Shown here: piece after piece, positions 1 through 9,587 of the stretch
Numbering within the stretch: the first letter of the stretch is position 1
Layout: each line of letters starts with the position of its first letter
Source: Acidobacteriota bacterium
Lineage (GTDB): Bacteria; Acidobacteriota; UBA6911
Direction of reading: 5' to 3'
Length of the DNA stretch: 64,000 bases
NCBI GenBank assembly: GCA_963664705.1
Contig: OY761556.1
Span: forward strand, 1,472,001 to 1,536,000
Notes under the pieces: generated by a model
Seen by the model: the letters and a program-made list of their open reading frames with translations, nothing else
Databases searched by the model: none
What the model was told of the DNA's origin: nothing
Position numbers and translations under genes: made by a program

Positions 1-5
1 AATGG

Positions 6-190
6 AGCCCCGGCAGGGGCGAAAGAAATGTTCACACAAAAAAGGGTTGAGACCACGCGACTAAATTTGATGAAAGGTATTTTTGATAATCGCTTTCTTT
101 CGCCCCTGCCGGGGCTGGTTCATCCTGTGGTCGACAACCAGGGGTTCGCTGCGCTCACCCCTGGCTACTCGCTGCCGGGCCTCCGGCCCT
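6..190. repeat. REP/REPIN-like palindromic element (family A)
   Basis: Perfect 23-bp inverted repeat AGCCCCGGCAGGGGCGAAAGAAA (6-28) / TTTCTTTCGCCCCTGCCGGGGCT (94-116), then hairpin CCAGGGGTTCGCTGCGCTCACCCCTGG; the same modules recur at 38.3, 43.5 and 46.4 kb. Confidence 0.85.
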
Positions 191-333
191 TGTAAATTGG
201 AGCCAATCCGGGTCAATAATAATCGGGGCAAATTTCGGCCGCTTATCAATCAGGGTAATTTAGATCAGTCTGACTTTCTGAATTTGCTTCACGGCTGAGC
301 TGCGGTTTGCTGACAGTCACGGGGCTTAGAGAA

Positions 334-379
334 AATTACGAATTACAAATTACGAATTACGAATTACGAATGACGAATT
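334..379. repeat. Heptamer tandem array (ATTACGA/ATGACGA)n
   Basis: About 6 tandem units seen directly; overlaps the stop of CDS 350-1039. Confidence 0.9.
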
Positions 380-1039
380 GTGGGAAGGGCGCGGATCTCC
401 GGGCATGCTTGAAATCAGTCCCTGGGCCAGCACGACAAGGGCGGGAATCTGGATGAGGTGGAAGATGCCGTTGTGGTCGAAAGGCCAGATGAAGGTGAAT
501 TGCAGCGGGCTGGCCTGAATTACTGCCGCGACGATCGTCAGACTTATCCCCAGTGCAATTGTGGCCGCCCCGGGAACCTGTTTCCAGAGGGCGGCTCCCG
601 CATAGAGCGCGATCGCGACCAGCATTCCCACTCCCTCATAAAGGATGAAGATCCTGAAACTGCCATCCGAAAACAGAGTAATCACGTAGAAAAATGCGCC
701 GGCGGCCAGGGACGGCGCCAGCAGCCTGCGGGCAAGCTTCTCGCCAAACCCATCTACAATGCTTCCGACGACAAAAAGGGCAACATCCAACCCCAGCAGG
801 AGATACAGAGGGTGCCACAGCATGTCGCGCGTTGCGGTCGGGAGGCTGAACCCATGGGCAATGGTGCCGAGGAACGATGAAGCCGCCAGGAGGGCGAAAA
901 CCCATTGCCAGAGGCGAGCCTTCCAGCGATGGGAATCTGCGCGGCGGTTCATCCGGGCGGAAAGGACGAGGCACACAAACCCGAGCAGGGCGTCGGTGGC
1001 GGCCGTCGTCAATTCCGTTGCGGGGTTATTCAGGATCAT
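350..1039 (-). CDS. Polytopic membrane protein (DUF6962-like)
   Basis: About 7 hydrophobic segments; conserved-looking TD, GxxxHG and DHNGIFH motifs. Confidence 0.7.
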   Translation of the reverse strand: MILNNPATELTTAATDALLGFVCLVLSARMNRRADSHRWKARLWQWVFALLAASSFLGTIAHGFSLPTATRDMLWHPLYLLLGLDVALFVVGSIVDGFGEKLARRLLAPSLAAGAFFYVITLFSDGSFRIFILYEGVGMLVAIALYAGAALWKQVPGAATIALGISLTIVAAVIQASPLQFTFIWPFDHNGIFHLIQIPALVVLAQGLISSMPGDPRPSHNSSFVIRNS

Positions 1040-1059
1040 GGGCAGCGTCTTTCAGCGCA

Positions 1060-2007
1060 TCACCGAACCGCAAAGATGGCCAGGCTGCTCCCTACGGACC
1101 GGGGCGGCTTGTCCGAAGGAACGTTGATGATCTTTGCTTTCCCATCGGCAGGGTCGGCCATCGACAGCGTGGTGGATCCCCCACCGTCGAGATTGATGGC
1201 ATTGTAAACGCCATAGTCTTTTGCCATGATCCCTGCCATTTCCGCGCCGGTCAGCCCATAGCTTCCGCCGGCCCCCCTGCCGTCTGCTACGAAAATTGTC
1301 AGCACGCGATTGTTCCTGGACAGGCCAATAGCGGTGCGGGGATTCGGCACATCGTACCAGGAGCCGAGATTCGTTCCTTTCGGTGGATCGTTGGAATAAT
1401 TGCTGCCGACGGTCAGTGTTCCTTCCGGATGGGCCGTGTCTTTGTAGACCGGGATGGTGACGGCGCCCTTGGTGATGATTTGGGCGGACCCGCTGAGCGC
1501 ATTCCTGATTTTTATTTTCTCGAGGATGTGCTTGCCGTCCGGATAGCGTCGGTCGGCATGAACGAGCTTTGCGTGGTTCCCGCCGTCAATGGCGATAGCC
1601 GGTGCATAGTCGACGATGGCATAGGTTTGTTCCGGGGCTTCAAAGCCCGAGTAGACGTCACCGTCGGAAGCGGCGAGTCCGATCAGGTTGGTTTCCTTGG
1701 CGAGGACCGGCAGGTAAAAATGGCTGTTGACGGCAAGCTGGGCGCCTTCCTTTATCATGAAATCGAGCGTTGGCTGGTTGATGACTTCCAGCGCTCCCGC
1801 GCGGGGACTCAGCTTGAAGCGGAGTCCGCGGGCTTTGAGGTCAATCTGCAGAATCTTCAAATTGACCGCGCGCGGCAGATCTGGTGGCGTAATGGTGCGC
1901 TGAATCAGGGTGATACCGGAATAGGGATGCTCGATTTTCTGGGGTTGCTGGGCCAGGGCCGCGCTGCATACCAGGAGCAGAATGAGTGCAATCAGTTTTT
2001 TGGGCAT
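1060..2007 (-). CDS. Secreted phosphodiester glycosidase (NAGPA) family protein
   Basis: Signal peptide; NPRTAIG, DGR and NLDGGGST motifs. Confidence 0.9.
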   Translation of the reverse strand: MPKKLIALILLLVCSAALAQQPQKIEHPYSGITLIQRTITPPDLPRAVNLKILQIDLKARGLRFKLSPRAGALEVINQPTLDFMIKEGAQLAVNSHFYLPVLAKETNLIGLAASDGDVYSGFEAPEQTYAIVDYAPAIAIDGGNHAKLVHADRRYPDGKHILEKIKIRNALSGSAQIITKGAVTIPVYKDTAHPEGTLTVGSNYSNDPPKGTNLGSWYDVPNPRTAIGLSRNNRVLTIFVADGRGAGGSYGLTGAEMAGIMAKDYGVYNAINLDGGGSTTLSMADPADGKAKIINVPSDKPPRSVGSSLAIFAVR

Positions 2008-2180
2008 GGCGGAAAAAATCCTCTCTTTGGCAAAGCCCTCACAATTTGAGTCCTCGAGTTTCCGAGGTTACCAGAAAATTGTCGAACTGGGTGGTCAAAC
2101 TGAGGCTAGGATGTTATTTTTGATGTGTTTGCATTAATGACTAAGCTTCCAAAAGATCAACTTGTATCAGGAGATGAAGA

Positions 2181-2645
2181 ATGAAAGGTAATCCGACAGT
2201 TATCGAAGCGCTTAACGAAGCTCTTGGTGAGGAGATGACGGCAATCAACCAGTATTTCCTTCACAGCGAAATGTGTGAAAACTGGGGTTACACGAAGCTG
2301 TCTGCCTTCATTAAAAAGGAATCGATTGATGAGATGAAGCATGCGGAGAAACTGATCGAGAGGATTCTGTTCCTGGACGGTCGCCCCAACATGACCAATC
2401 TCAAGCCGCTCAACATCGGACAAAACGTGCCCGACATGATTGAAAACGACCTGAAGCTGGAACTCAGCGCCGTTGCCATGTACAACAGGCTCGTCAAGAT
2501 CGCCAATGATGCCGCGGACCAGGGATCCGTGGAGCTGCTCAAGAAGCTGCTCCAGGACGAAGAAAGCCACGTGGACGGTCTGGAAGAGCAGGCAGGAAAG
2601 ATCAAGGATATGGGCGTACAGGTCTATCTGAGCGTCCAGTCCTAG
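2181..2645 (+). CDS. bfr: Bacterioferritin
   Basis: MKG start; AINQYFLH, IDEMKHA (heme Met) and DEESH ferroxidase motifs; GGAG RBS. Confidence 0.97.
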   Translation: MKGNPTVIEALNEALGEEMTAINQYFLHSEMCENWGYTKLSAFIKKESIDEMKHAEKLIERILFLDGRPNMTNLKPLNIGQNVPDMIENDLKLELSAVAMYNRLVKIANDAADQGSVELLKKLLQDEESHVDGLEEQAGKIKDMGVQVYLSVQS

Positions 2646-2648
2646 CGA

Positions 2649-2727
2649 GTGACCAATGACGAATTACGAATGACGAATTGGATCCCTTCATCCCAATTCG
2701 TCATTCAGCATTCGTCATTCGTAATTT
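2649..2727. repeat. Inverted pair of ATTACGA/ATGACGA heptamer arrays between convergent genes
   Basis: ATGACGAATTACGAATGACGAAT followed by ATTCGTCATT...ATTCGTCATTCGTAAT. Confidence 0.85.
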
Positions 2728-2728
2728 G

Positions 2729-3262
2729 TTATGTTCGTTTGGCGATCTTGGTTCCTTTGATCCCCACGGTAATTCCACTTCGCAGCTTTTCGACATCCTC
2801 CTGATCGTAGGGCAGTCGGTCGGAATGCTTCGGATGCCCGGACATATCATCCTTTGCTCCCATCTGGTATTTGCCCTGGAAGAGGACGTGCATCCACTGC
2901 ACAGGCTTATCCACCTTCAGGGTTGTGATCGGGCAGTGAACGACTCCTTTAGGAACATAGATAATGGTGGTTTTGTCGACGATGTGCCGTTCCTGCTCCT
3001 CGCCCATCATGATTTCGATAACTGCGCCAAACTCAAAATAATTTTGCGGGTTTCCTCCAAAGATGAAAAAAAGCTCATCGCAATCGTGAGCGTGCGGCTT
3101 GTGAATCATCACTCCCGGCTCTTTCAGGCAGAGCAACTGCATTTCAATCGGGAATCCCGAAAATTGGGCTCCCACGCAACCATCTTCGCCACACGCATGA
3201 AGCATCGGTCCTATTTCGATCGGCTCCGTCATGAAGTACTTCCCATACTTCGATCCCGCCAT
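2729..3262 (-). CDS. Cupin-like hypothetical protein
   Basis: Start moved to MAGSKY (AAGGAG RBS); HxHxxxE (HAHDCDE) and VPKGVVHCP cupin metal motifs. Confidence 0.75.
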   Translation of the reverse strand: MAGSKYGKYFMTEPIEIGPMLHACGEDGCVGAQFSGFPIEMQLLCLKEPGVMIHKPHAHDCDELFFIFGGNPQNYFEFGAVIEIMMGEEQERHIVDKTTIIYVPKGVVHCPITTLKVDKPVQWMHVLFQGKYQMGAKDDMSGHPKHSDRLPYDQEDVEKLRSGITVGIKGTKIAKRT

Positions 3263-3358
3263 GATACGACCTCCTTCAGGTGAATGAGACTTCCTGCTCT
3301 TTGTTTGGATAAGAAATCGAGAGCATTTTAGACTCGTTGGATGGTGGGAAGCACGCAA

Positions 3359-3423
3359 AAATTACGAATTACGAATGACGAATGACGAATTGGGCAGGGG
3401 GAATCAATTCGTCATTTGTAATC
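3359..3423. repeat. Inverted pair of ATTACGA/ATGACGA heptamer arrays
   Basis: Forward array 3359-3391; reverse units 3407-3423 overlap the stop of CDS 3412-4443. Confidence 0.8.
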
Positions 3424-4443
3424 CGTGGAGGTCTTGATCAGGGCCTGAATATTCTCGGACGGGGTATCCGGCGGCATGCCGCCCCCGCAGGAAACGATCA
3501 ATCGGGAATGATCGCCGAGCGCGGACAGCATTTCCCGGACTGACCGGGAAACGTCCTCCGGCGTGCCGGACGCGAGTACGTCGCGTGGAGGGATGTTTCC
3601 CAGCAGCGTGATCCGATTCCCGGTCCACGCCTTCATTTCCGCAAGGGAGTGCTGGATTCCGAAATTCAGCAGGTTGATCCCGATATCCGGCAGTAGCGGG
3701 GCGCTGGCTTTGCACGGCGCATCGTTGTGAAAGAACTTCACGGTCACGTCGGCGCTGAAAAGACGCTGCAGGTAGGGCGCGCCGAAAATCTCGAAATCCC
3801 CCCGACTGATGAATCCTACGATGTCGTCCAGAAGCAGAATCCCGTCAATGGAAGGGAAGCATTCCCGCTGATAGGCGATCCATCCTTCGAGAAACTCCGT
3901 AATCATTGCAAGCAGCCGATGCATGGGTTCCGGATCGGTTTTGAGCGCCGTCATGAACTCGGTGGCTCCCATGAGGAAGGTCGCAATGTTCAGGGGACCG
4001 CGGGCCACCGCAAACCGGATTTTGTGGCCGGCATTCCTGATTTCCGGTTCGAGATGCTGAAGACGCTTGATGACGAAGGGAAGCAGCCCTTCTTTGCGCG
4101 GATTCGGTTTCTCGATCCGGTCCAGGGCGCTGACCGAACGCATTATGCGCCGGGCGAACGGGAATTCGTTTTCCTCCCACATGGATACCGCGCCGAAGGC
4201 CGAAGGCTCCGTGCACATGCCGTATTCCGACCAAAAGCCGGGCAGGAACATGGTATCGGGAAAAGTGCGGATGGCTTTCAGATTTGCATCCAGGAAGGCC
4301 CGGTCATCCGTGAAGTAGTCCAGGATTGAGTGGCCGGACCATTTCGGGAGCCACGGGCTGTCGATGATAAACCCGGTGGGAAGGACCTCCGGTTCTTCCC
4401 CTCGAATGACAGAAACCAGCGTATTCCATTGCGAATCGTTCAT
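3412..4443 (-). CDS. Uroporphyrinogen decarboxylase (URO-D/MtaA-CmuA) family protein
   Basis: RGP, LLGNIPP, GTPEDV and C-terminal SCGGGMPPDTPSENI motifs of URO-D-like TIM barrels. Confidence 0.85.
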   Translation of the reverse strand: MNDSQWNTLVSVIRGEEPEVLPTGFIIDSPWLPKWSGHSILDYFTDDRAFLDANLKAIRTFPDTMFLPGFWSEYGMCTEPSAFGAVSMWEENEFPFARRIMRSVSALDRIEKPNPRKEGLLPFVIKRLQHLEPEIRNAGHKIRFAVARGPLNIATFLMGATEFMTALKTDPEPMHRLLAMITEFLEGWIAYQRECFPSIDGILLLDDIVGFISRGDFEIFGAPYLQRLFSADVTVKFFHNDAPCKASAPLLPDIGINLLNFGIQHSLAEMKAWTGNRITLLGNIPPRDVLASGTPEDVSRSVREMLSALGDHSRLIVSCGGGMPPDTPSENIQALIKTSTDYK

Positions 4444-4719
4444 GGGCGCTAATTAAAGCCAAAAACCTGCGGAAATTCCATTTAAGATTTCAGATTTCCG
4501 CCGGACACCGGAATGGGAATCGGACAAACGGGGACACCCACCATTCTTCTCGGTAGACTCCGAGACGCTCCGAGGCGTCGAGCTGGTTCAAATAATGGAT
4601 GTCCAGATTTATTCCAGATTTATACGGATTTATGTTTTCTTGAAGCGAAATCCAATTTAAAAATAGCCGTAAGAAATTAATAACTTGATTTATATGGTTC
4701 TCGGTACTATTTCTTTCCT

Positions 4720-6003
4720 ATGAACACCCTACAGTTTGGAAAACCCTACCTTGCTTTTTTGCTTTTAACGATCCTGATTCCGGTTGCGGTGGCGCAACAG
4801 CAGACAACGCCGCCGGTGGGAGGAGGGTCCAGCGGCGGGAATACGGGAGGAAATTCGCGGCCGAGTATTCCGTCGAGACCGAATTTGCCCCAGCCTCAGC
4901 CACAGCCCGGCGGTCAGGATCAGCAGTTGTCGATGCCCGTCCAGGTATTCATTTTGGGGAGAGTGGTGCGGGAGGATGGATCCCCTCCGCCGTATGGAGC
5001 GGTGATTGAGTTGAACTGCGGGGGAAGCATCACGCGGGAGGCGATTGTAGGGACAAACGGGCAATTCAGCTTCCAGTTCGGGGGTGACAACCGGCTGGCT
5101 CAGGTATTTCCGGATGCCAGTCAGAGCCTGGATCCGCCGCTTGGAGATAGCGAAAGAATGGTTGGGGGGAATTCCAGTTCCGGATTTTACGGAGGGGATG
5201 CGAGGCGGCAGCGCAGTCGTCGGATGATCGGGTGTGAAATGAGAGCGCAGCTCTCCGGGTTTCGATCGACGATACTCAATATAATGGAGGAGCCACAACA
5301 GGGGCCGAATGAAGTCGGGACTATCGTGCTCTACCCGAATGAGCGTGTTCAGGGGAGCCTGGTGAGTGTTACGAATCTGCTGGTTCCGAAGTCGGCAAGA
5401 AAGTCGGCAGAAAAGGCGAGGAAGGCGGTTCAGAAGCGGAATGCTGCGGAAGCAGAGGTTCTTTACAAGGCGGCGATCCAGGAATATCCGAAATATGCGG
5501 AAGCCTGGTTCGAACTGGGGGCTTTGTATGAAGGTCAGGGGAAGATGGACGATGCAAGGAGCGCCTATCGCGAATCCAAGCGGGTGGATGGAATGTATTT
5601 GAAGCCATACATGCGTCTCGCGCAGCTCGCTGCGGCGGACCAGGACTGGCGCGTGGCCTCGGACCTTGTGGAAAAAGCGCTCGAACTGGATTCAATCAAT
5701 CTGGTGGAAGCCTATTTTGTCAGTGCGCTGGCGCACTTCAACCTGAGGGAGTTCGATCTGTCGGAGAAGCGGGCCAAGCAGGGGCAGCGCATGGATTTTT
5801 CGAATAAATATCCGCAATTGTGCCTGATCCTGGCAAACATTTCCCTCGTACGGAGGGACTCCGACAATGGCTTGAAAGAGATGAAAAATTATCTCAAGCT
5901 GGCTCCGAATGCGGCGAACGCGGCGGTCATCCGAGCGCGCGTCCGGCAGATGGAAGAAGAGGCGAGCCAGCGGGCGGCGGGACCCAAGATCGTTGAACGT
6001 TGA
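4720..6003 (+). CDS. Secreted TPR-repeat protein
   Basis: Signal peptide, Pro/Gln linker, beta-rich N-domain and TPR motifs (YPKYAEAWFELG, YLKLAPNA). Confidence 0.85.
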   Translation: MNTLQFGKPYLAFLLLTILIPVAVAQQQTTPPVGGGSSGGNTGGNSRPSIPSRPNLPQPQPQPGGQDQQLSMPVQVFILGRVVREDGSPPPYGAVIELNCGGSITREAIVGTNGQFSFQFGGDNRLAQVFPDASQSLDPPLGDSERMVGGNSSSGFYGGDARRQRSRRMIGCEMRAQLSGFRSTILNIMEEPQQGPNEVGTIVLYPNERVQGSLVSVTNLLVPKSARKSAEKARKAVQKRNAAEAEVLYKAAIQEYPKYAEAWFELGALYEGQGKMDDARSAYRESKRVDGMYLKPYMRLAQLAAADQDWRVASDLVEKALELDSINLVEAYFVSALAHFNLREFDLSEKRAKQGQRMDFSNKYPQLCLILANISLVRRDSDNGLKEMKNYLKLAPNAANAAVIRARVRQMEEEASQRAAGPKIVER

Positions 6004-6032
6004 ACGTTGGGACGTTTGGACGTTGGACGTTC
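5992..6032. repeat. Heptamer array (GTTGGAC/GTTGAAC)n
   Basis: GTTGAACGTTGAACGTTGGGACGTTTGGACGTTGGACGTT; inverse of the array at 6893-6933. Confidence 0.8.
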
Positions 6033-6040
6033 GGCAAATT

Positions 6041-6868
6041 CTATGGAAATATCTGGTTCAGAATCCAGGCGGTGCGAATTCCTGCTTTTGCCAGCTGCTT
6101 TTGAATGACCGGCAGAGCTATTCTGCAGTATTCCGGACTAATCCTCGTGCCGGACGTGATCCATGCCAGTGAACCTGGGAGACGGTGTGCAGATTTCGCC
6201 AGGATCAGGCTTTCGGTTGCCCAGTCCTCCGGGCTTCCCTTGGACCATTCGGATCTATTCTTGGGGTTGGCCATAAAGCTCACATCCCACATCCAGACGT
6301 TCTCATTCTGCGTGTGACGCTCCATAATCTGCGAATCCCACAGACGGTGAAGATTGGTACCCTGACCGAAAAACTGTACTTGAAGCAAATTGCCCCCCTT
6401 GTCGTTGTCATCCCCGACATGCAAGGGTTGGTGAAGGTCCGCAATAAAGTGGACCAGAAATCTAAGAGCCATCTGCTTTTGCGCCTTTCCGGCCCCGGGA
6501 TCCTGGAGAAGGCGTCGAAAATCTTCAACCTTGCTCACCACGCATCCCTGGGCAGGACAATAGCGCCGGTCGTAGCGCGATTCGCTGATCGGAACATTGA
6601 CGTAATGCCACGTCCCGGTTCCGGTAACCTCCTGCTGCTCGTCCGCCCAGTTTGCCACGTCCGACAGTCGAACCCCGCTGCCCAGGAGACTCTCAATCGC
6701 AGTCCTGGCATGTGGCGTCAAATTGTCTTCGGCAATTCTCGCGGCAACGCGGTGCCCGATCTTCCCCCAGGCAAAAGTCTCGCAGGGAAGGAGGAGAATG
6801 TTCGCAGCTATCGAAAGGGCTATTGCCAGCCTGAGCAAGGGCGTCATCATGGGTTTCGAATATTTCAT
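6041..6868 (-). CDS. S1/P1 nuclease
   Basis: Signal peptide then WGKIGH; WAD, WHYVN, HFIADLHQPLH, DKGGN and LHRLWD zinc-ligand motifs. Confidence 0.95.
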   Translation of the reverse strand: MKYSKPMMTPLLRLAIALSIAANILLLPCETFAWGKIGHRVAARIAEDNLTPHARTAIESLLGSGVRLSDVANWADEQQEVTGTGTWHYVNVPISESRYDRRYCPAQGCVVSKVEDFRRLLQDPGAGKAQKQMALRFLVHFIADLHQPLHVGDDNDKGGNLLQVQFFGQGTNLHRLWDSQIMERHTQNENVWMWDVSFMANPKNRSEWSKGSPEDWATESLILAKSAHRLPGSLAWITSGTRISPEYCRIALPVIQKQLAKAGIRTAWILNQIFP

Positions 6869-6892
6869 AACATTGCGTTCGGGCTATTTTGA

Positions 6893-6933
6893 CACGTCCA
6901 ACGTCCAACGTCCAACGTCCAACGTCCAACGTT
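6893..6933. repeat. Heptamer array (GTCCAAC)5
   Basis: Five perfect tandem units. Confidence 0.9.
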
Positions 6934-6943
6934 CCGACTCCGC

Positions 6944-7657
6944 CTACTTCTTGGGTGAAGAAAGGGAGGCGCGGAATTTTTCGATTTCCGTCCGGTAGGC
7001 GGAAGCGATCTTTTCGATTCGTTCTTCCGGCCAATCCGGATCCCAGCCCAGTCCGAGGTCTTCGCCCACCAGAACAATCAGGAAATCGATTGTTGGCGGT
7101 TTTTTGGAAATGATGGTTGTGATGTTGCAGATGCGCTGCGGCGAATCGCAGTCCATGCACTGGTCTGTGGAAGCGCAGGGGGTGTTCAGCCCCAGGTATT
7201 TGGCGTGGTAGGGGGAGATGACCTTCTGCACGCGTTCCAGCGCTTCATCGAGATCGCGCACGATTTTATTGGCGCCCACCAGCAGAACAACCTGCTTGGT
7301 TCCGAAGAACATGGTAGCCACGCGGTTGCCCATGCCGTCGGTGTTTACGAGTTTTCCGTCCAGGGTTATGGCATTGGTGCTGGCCAGCAGCACATCCCGA
7401 CGGTCTTTCCGGATGGCATCGAAGGAGAACTCCTCCGGCTTCGGAAATTGCAATCCCTTGTTTCCGCGTTCCCGGAGGCGGTCCAGCAGTCCGAGTTGTC
7501 CGACCGAAACGGATCCTGCCATTTCGATCGAAGCATCCGCGGGAATCGCATTGAGGACGACCGGGATGGCATCCTTTGCTTTTTCCACGTACTCCACTTT
7601 AAAGTTATTCGCCTTCAACGACTGGATGACGGTTTCGATATCGTTCTTTGCGGCCAT
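6944..7657 (-). CDS. Lactate utilisation (LUD domain) family protein
   Basis: NAITLDGKLVNTDGMGNRV, VGANKIV and Cys-rich PCxxxxxCxDC...RIC motifs. Confidence 0.88.
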   Translation of the reverse strand: MAAKNDIETVIQSLKANNFKVEYVEKAKDAIPVVLNAIPADASIEMAGSVSVGQLGLLDRLRERGNKGLQFPKPEEFSFDAIRKDRRDVLLASTNAITLDGKLVNTDGMGNRVATMFFGTKQVVLLVGANKIVRDLDEALERVQKVISPYHAKYLGLNTPCASTDQCMDCDSPQRICNITTIISKKPPTIDFLIVLVGEDLGLGWDPDWPEERIEKIASAYRTEIEKFRASLSSPKK

Positions 7658-7734
7658 GATAAAACCTCGGAAGATGCAAGGGCTCGAAGCGCTTGCGCTG
7701 CTTCGAGCCCTTGGAGCGAATTCAGGTTAGGCTT

Positions 7735-8895
7735 CTACTTCTTCTCAAAATACTCCGCGACGACTTTGAGTTCATTGGGGATATCAATGTGCTGCGGACA
7801 TTTTTCGACGCAGACGCCGCAGTCGATGCAGCCGGAGGCGCGCTGATCGGGCGTCAGGAAGCTGGTGTAAAAGAACTTGTTCATCTCGGCTCCCTTGAAC
7901 AGGAAGCTGTCATTGTACAGGTTGAAGTTTTGCGGGATATTCACGCCATTGGGGCAGGGCATGCAGTACGCGCAGGCGGTGCAGTCAATCTTGAGCAGCT
8001 TTCTGTAGGCCAGGCGGACCTGTTCTATCAGCGCGTGCTCTTCCTGCGTCAATGAATTGGCGACGCCCTGATCGACGATGCGCGTGTGGTCGGAGATCTG
8101 CTCCAGCGTGCTCGATCCGGACAGAACGGTCGTGATTTCCGGGAAGTCCCAAACATAGCGCATGGCCCATTCCGCCGGAGAGCGTTTGACGGGCGCTTTA
8201 TCCCAGAGTTCCTGCACTTCCTTGGGGATCTTGTCGACCAGCTTGCCGCCTCGCAGCGGTTCCATGCCGACGATGCCAACGCCGCGGGAGGCCGCGTAGG
8301 CAATGCCCTGACGGCCGGCCTGGTAGTCCTGGTCATAAAAATTGAACTGAAGCAGGCACATGTCCCAGTCAAACGCATCGATGATGTCTTTGAAGACTTT
8401 GATTTCGTCGTGGAACGAGAAACCGGCAAACCGGATCCTGCCCTGGGCCTTCAGTTTGCTCATGAATTCCAGAACGCCCATGGATTTCATTTTTGCCCAG
8501 TTCTTCGTGTCCAGGCCATGAACCAGGTAGCAGTCGACGTAATCCATGCCGAGCCGCTGCAGCTGTTCCTGAAAAAGTGTTTCCTGGTCTTCAGGCTTCT
8601 GCACATTCCACGAGGGGAGTTTCGTCGCGATCATGACATTTTTGCGATGCGGCCGGATTGCTTTTCCCAGGAAGACTTCGCTTTTGCCTCCATGGTAGCC
8701 GTAAGCGGTGTCGAAATAGGTAACCCCCTTTTCGACGGCATGTTCAATGATCCGCGTGGCATGCGCTTCATCGATCGGAACGCTTGGATCAAAGCTGGAC
8801 ATTCCTCCTTGGGCGCCCAGCATCGGCAGACGCATGGCTCCAAACCCGAGGATGGATGCGCTTACATTGGTTTTTCCCAGTTTACGGTAGAGCAT
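7735..8895 (-). CDS. Aldo/keto reductase with C-terminal 4Fe-4S domain
   Basis: LGFGAMRLP, YFDTAYGY, IATKLP, MEPLRGG; CTACAYCMPCP and CIDCGVCVEKCP. Confidence 0.93.
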   Translation of the reverse strand: MLYRKLGKTNVSASILGFGAMRLPMLGAQGGMSSFDPSVPIDEAHATRIIEHAVEKGVTYFDTAYGYHGGKSEVFLGKAIRPHRKNVMIATKLPSWNVQKPEDQETLFQEQLQRLGMDYVDCYLVHGLDTKNWAKMKSMGVLEFMSKLKAQGRIRFAGFSFHDEIKVFKDIIDAFDWDMCLLQFNFYDQDYQAGRQGIAYAASRGVGIVGMEPLRGGKLVDKIPKEVQELWDKAPVKRSPAEWAMRYVWDFPEITTVLSGSSTLEQISDHTRIVDQGVANSLTQEEHALIEQVRLAYRKLLKIDCTACAYCMPCPNGVNIPQNFNLYNDSFLFKGAEMNKFFYTSFLTPDQRASGCIDCGVCVEKCPQHIDIPNELKVVAEYFEKK

Positions 8896-8935
8896 TGTGA
8901 ATCCTTTCTCCTGTCCTTGCTGTCAATGCGGGTGG

Positions 8936-9451
8936 TTACTTGGGAGCCTTTTTTACATCCGCCTGGTACTGCTCGATGCGCGATTTCTGAGCCTTGATCA
9001 TGTCGGCCAGCTCATCTTCGGTCGGATGGGGATAGGCTGCGAGCAGCTTGTTCTCCATTCGGTCTTTCTCCGCCTGGAGTTTCTCCTGGGTGCCCTGATC
9101 CGGGATTTTGTTATCCGCGGCTATGGCGTACCAGGTATAGGCTTCGGGTTGATCCTCGACGATCCCGCGTCCGTTTTCGTAGGCTTCGGCAAGGCATTTC
9201 TGCGCCTTGTAATTGCCGAGATAGGCGAGCCCGGTACAGAACATGAAATCGGAACGGGGTGTTTTGCTGGCGGCGAGATTGATGGAATCGATTTTGCTGT
9301 TTTGCTGCTGCGCCGGCATGCGGGCGATCTTAGCCATCATTCCCGTGATATCCTGCTTGTTCGGCCGCGTCTTCACATCTTCGGATTCCTGGGCATAGAT
9401 GAGTGCCAGGGACATCGTCATCACTATCGTCAAAAGTATTTTTTTCAACAT
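8936..9451 (-). CDS. Secreted SEL1-like repeat protein
   Basis: Signal peptide; AQKCLAEAYENGRGIVEDQPEAYTWY SEL1 repeat; GGAGG RBS. Confidence 0.8.
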   Translation of the reverse strand: MLKKILLTIVMTMSLALIYAQESEDVKTRPNKQDITGMMAKIARMPAQQQNSKIDSINLAASKTPRSDFMFCTGLAYLGNYKAQKCLAEAYENGRGIVEDQPEAYTWYAIAADNKIPDQGTQEKLQAEKDRMENKLLAAYPHPTEDELADMIKAQKSRIEQYQADVKKAPK

Positions 9452-9587
9452 GAGTCCTCCAGGCCATTATCGTAGATGAAGAGAATCAAAAACGCCACGA
9501 ATTAGCGCGAATTTCACCGGGGGTCTGGATTAGATTCGTTTTATAATGGCTTTGCCAATTATCCATAACCCATGCAAGGAGAGCCCC

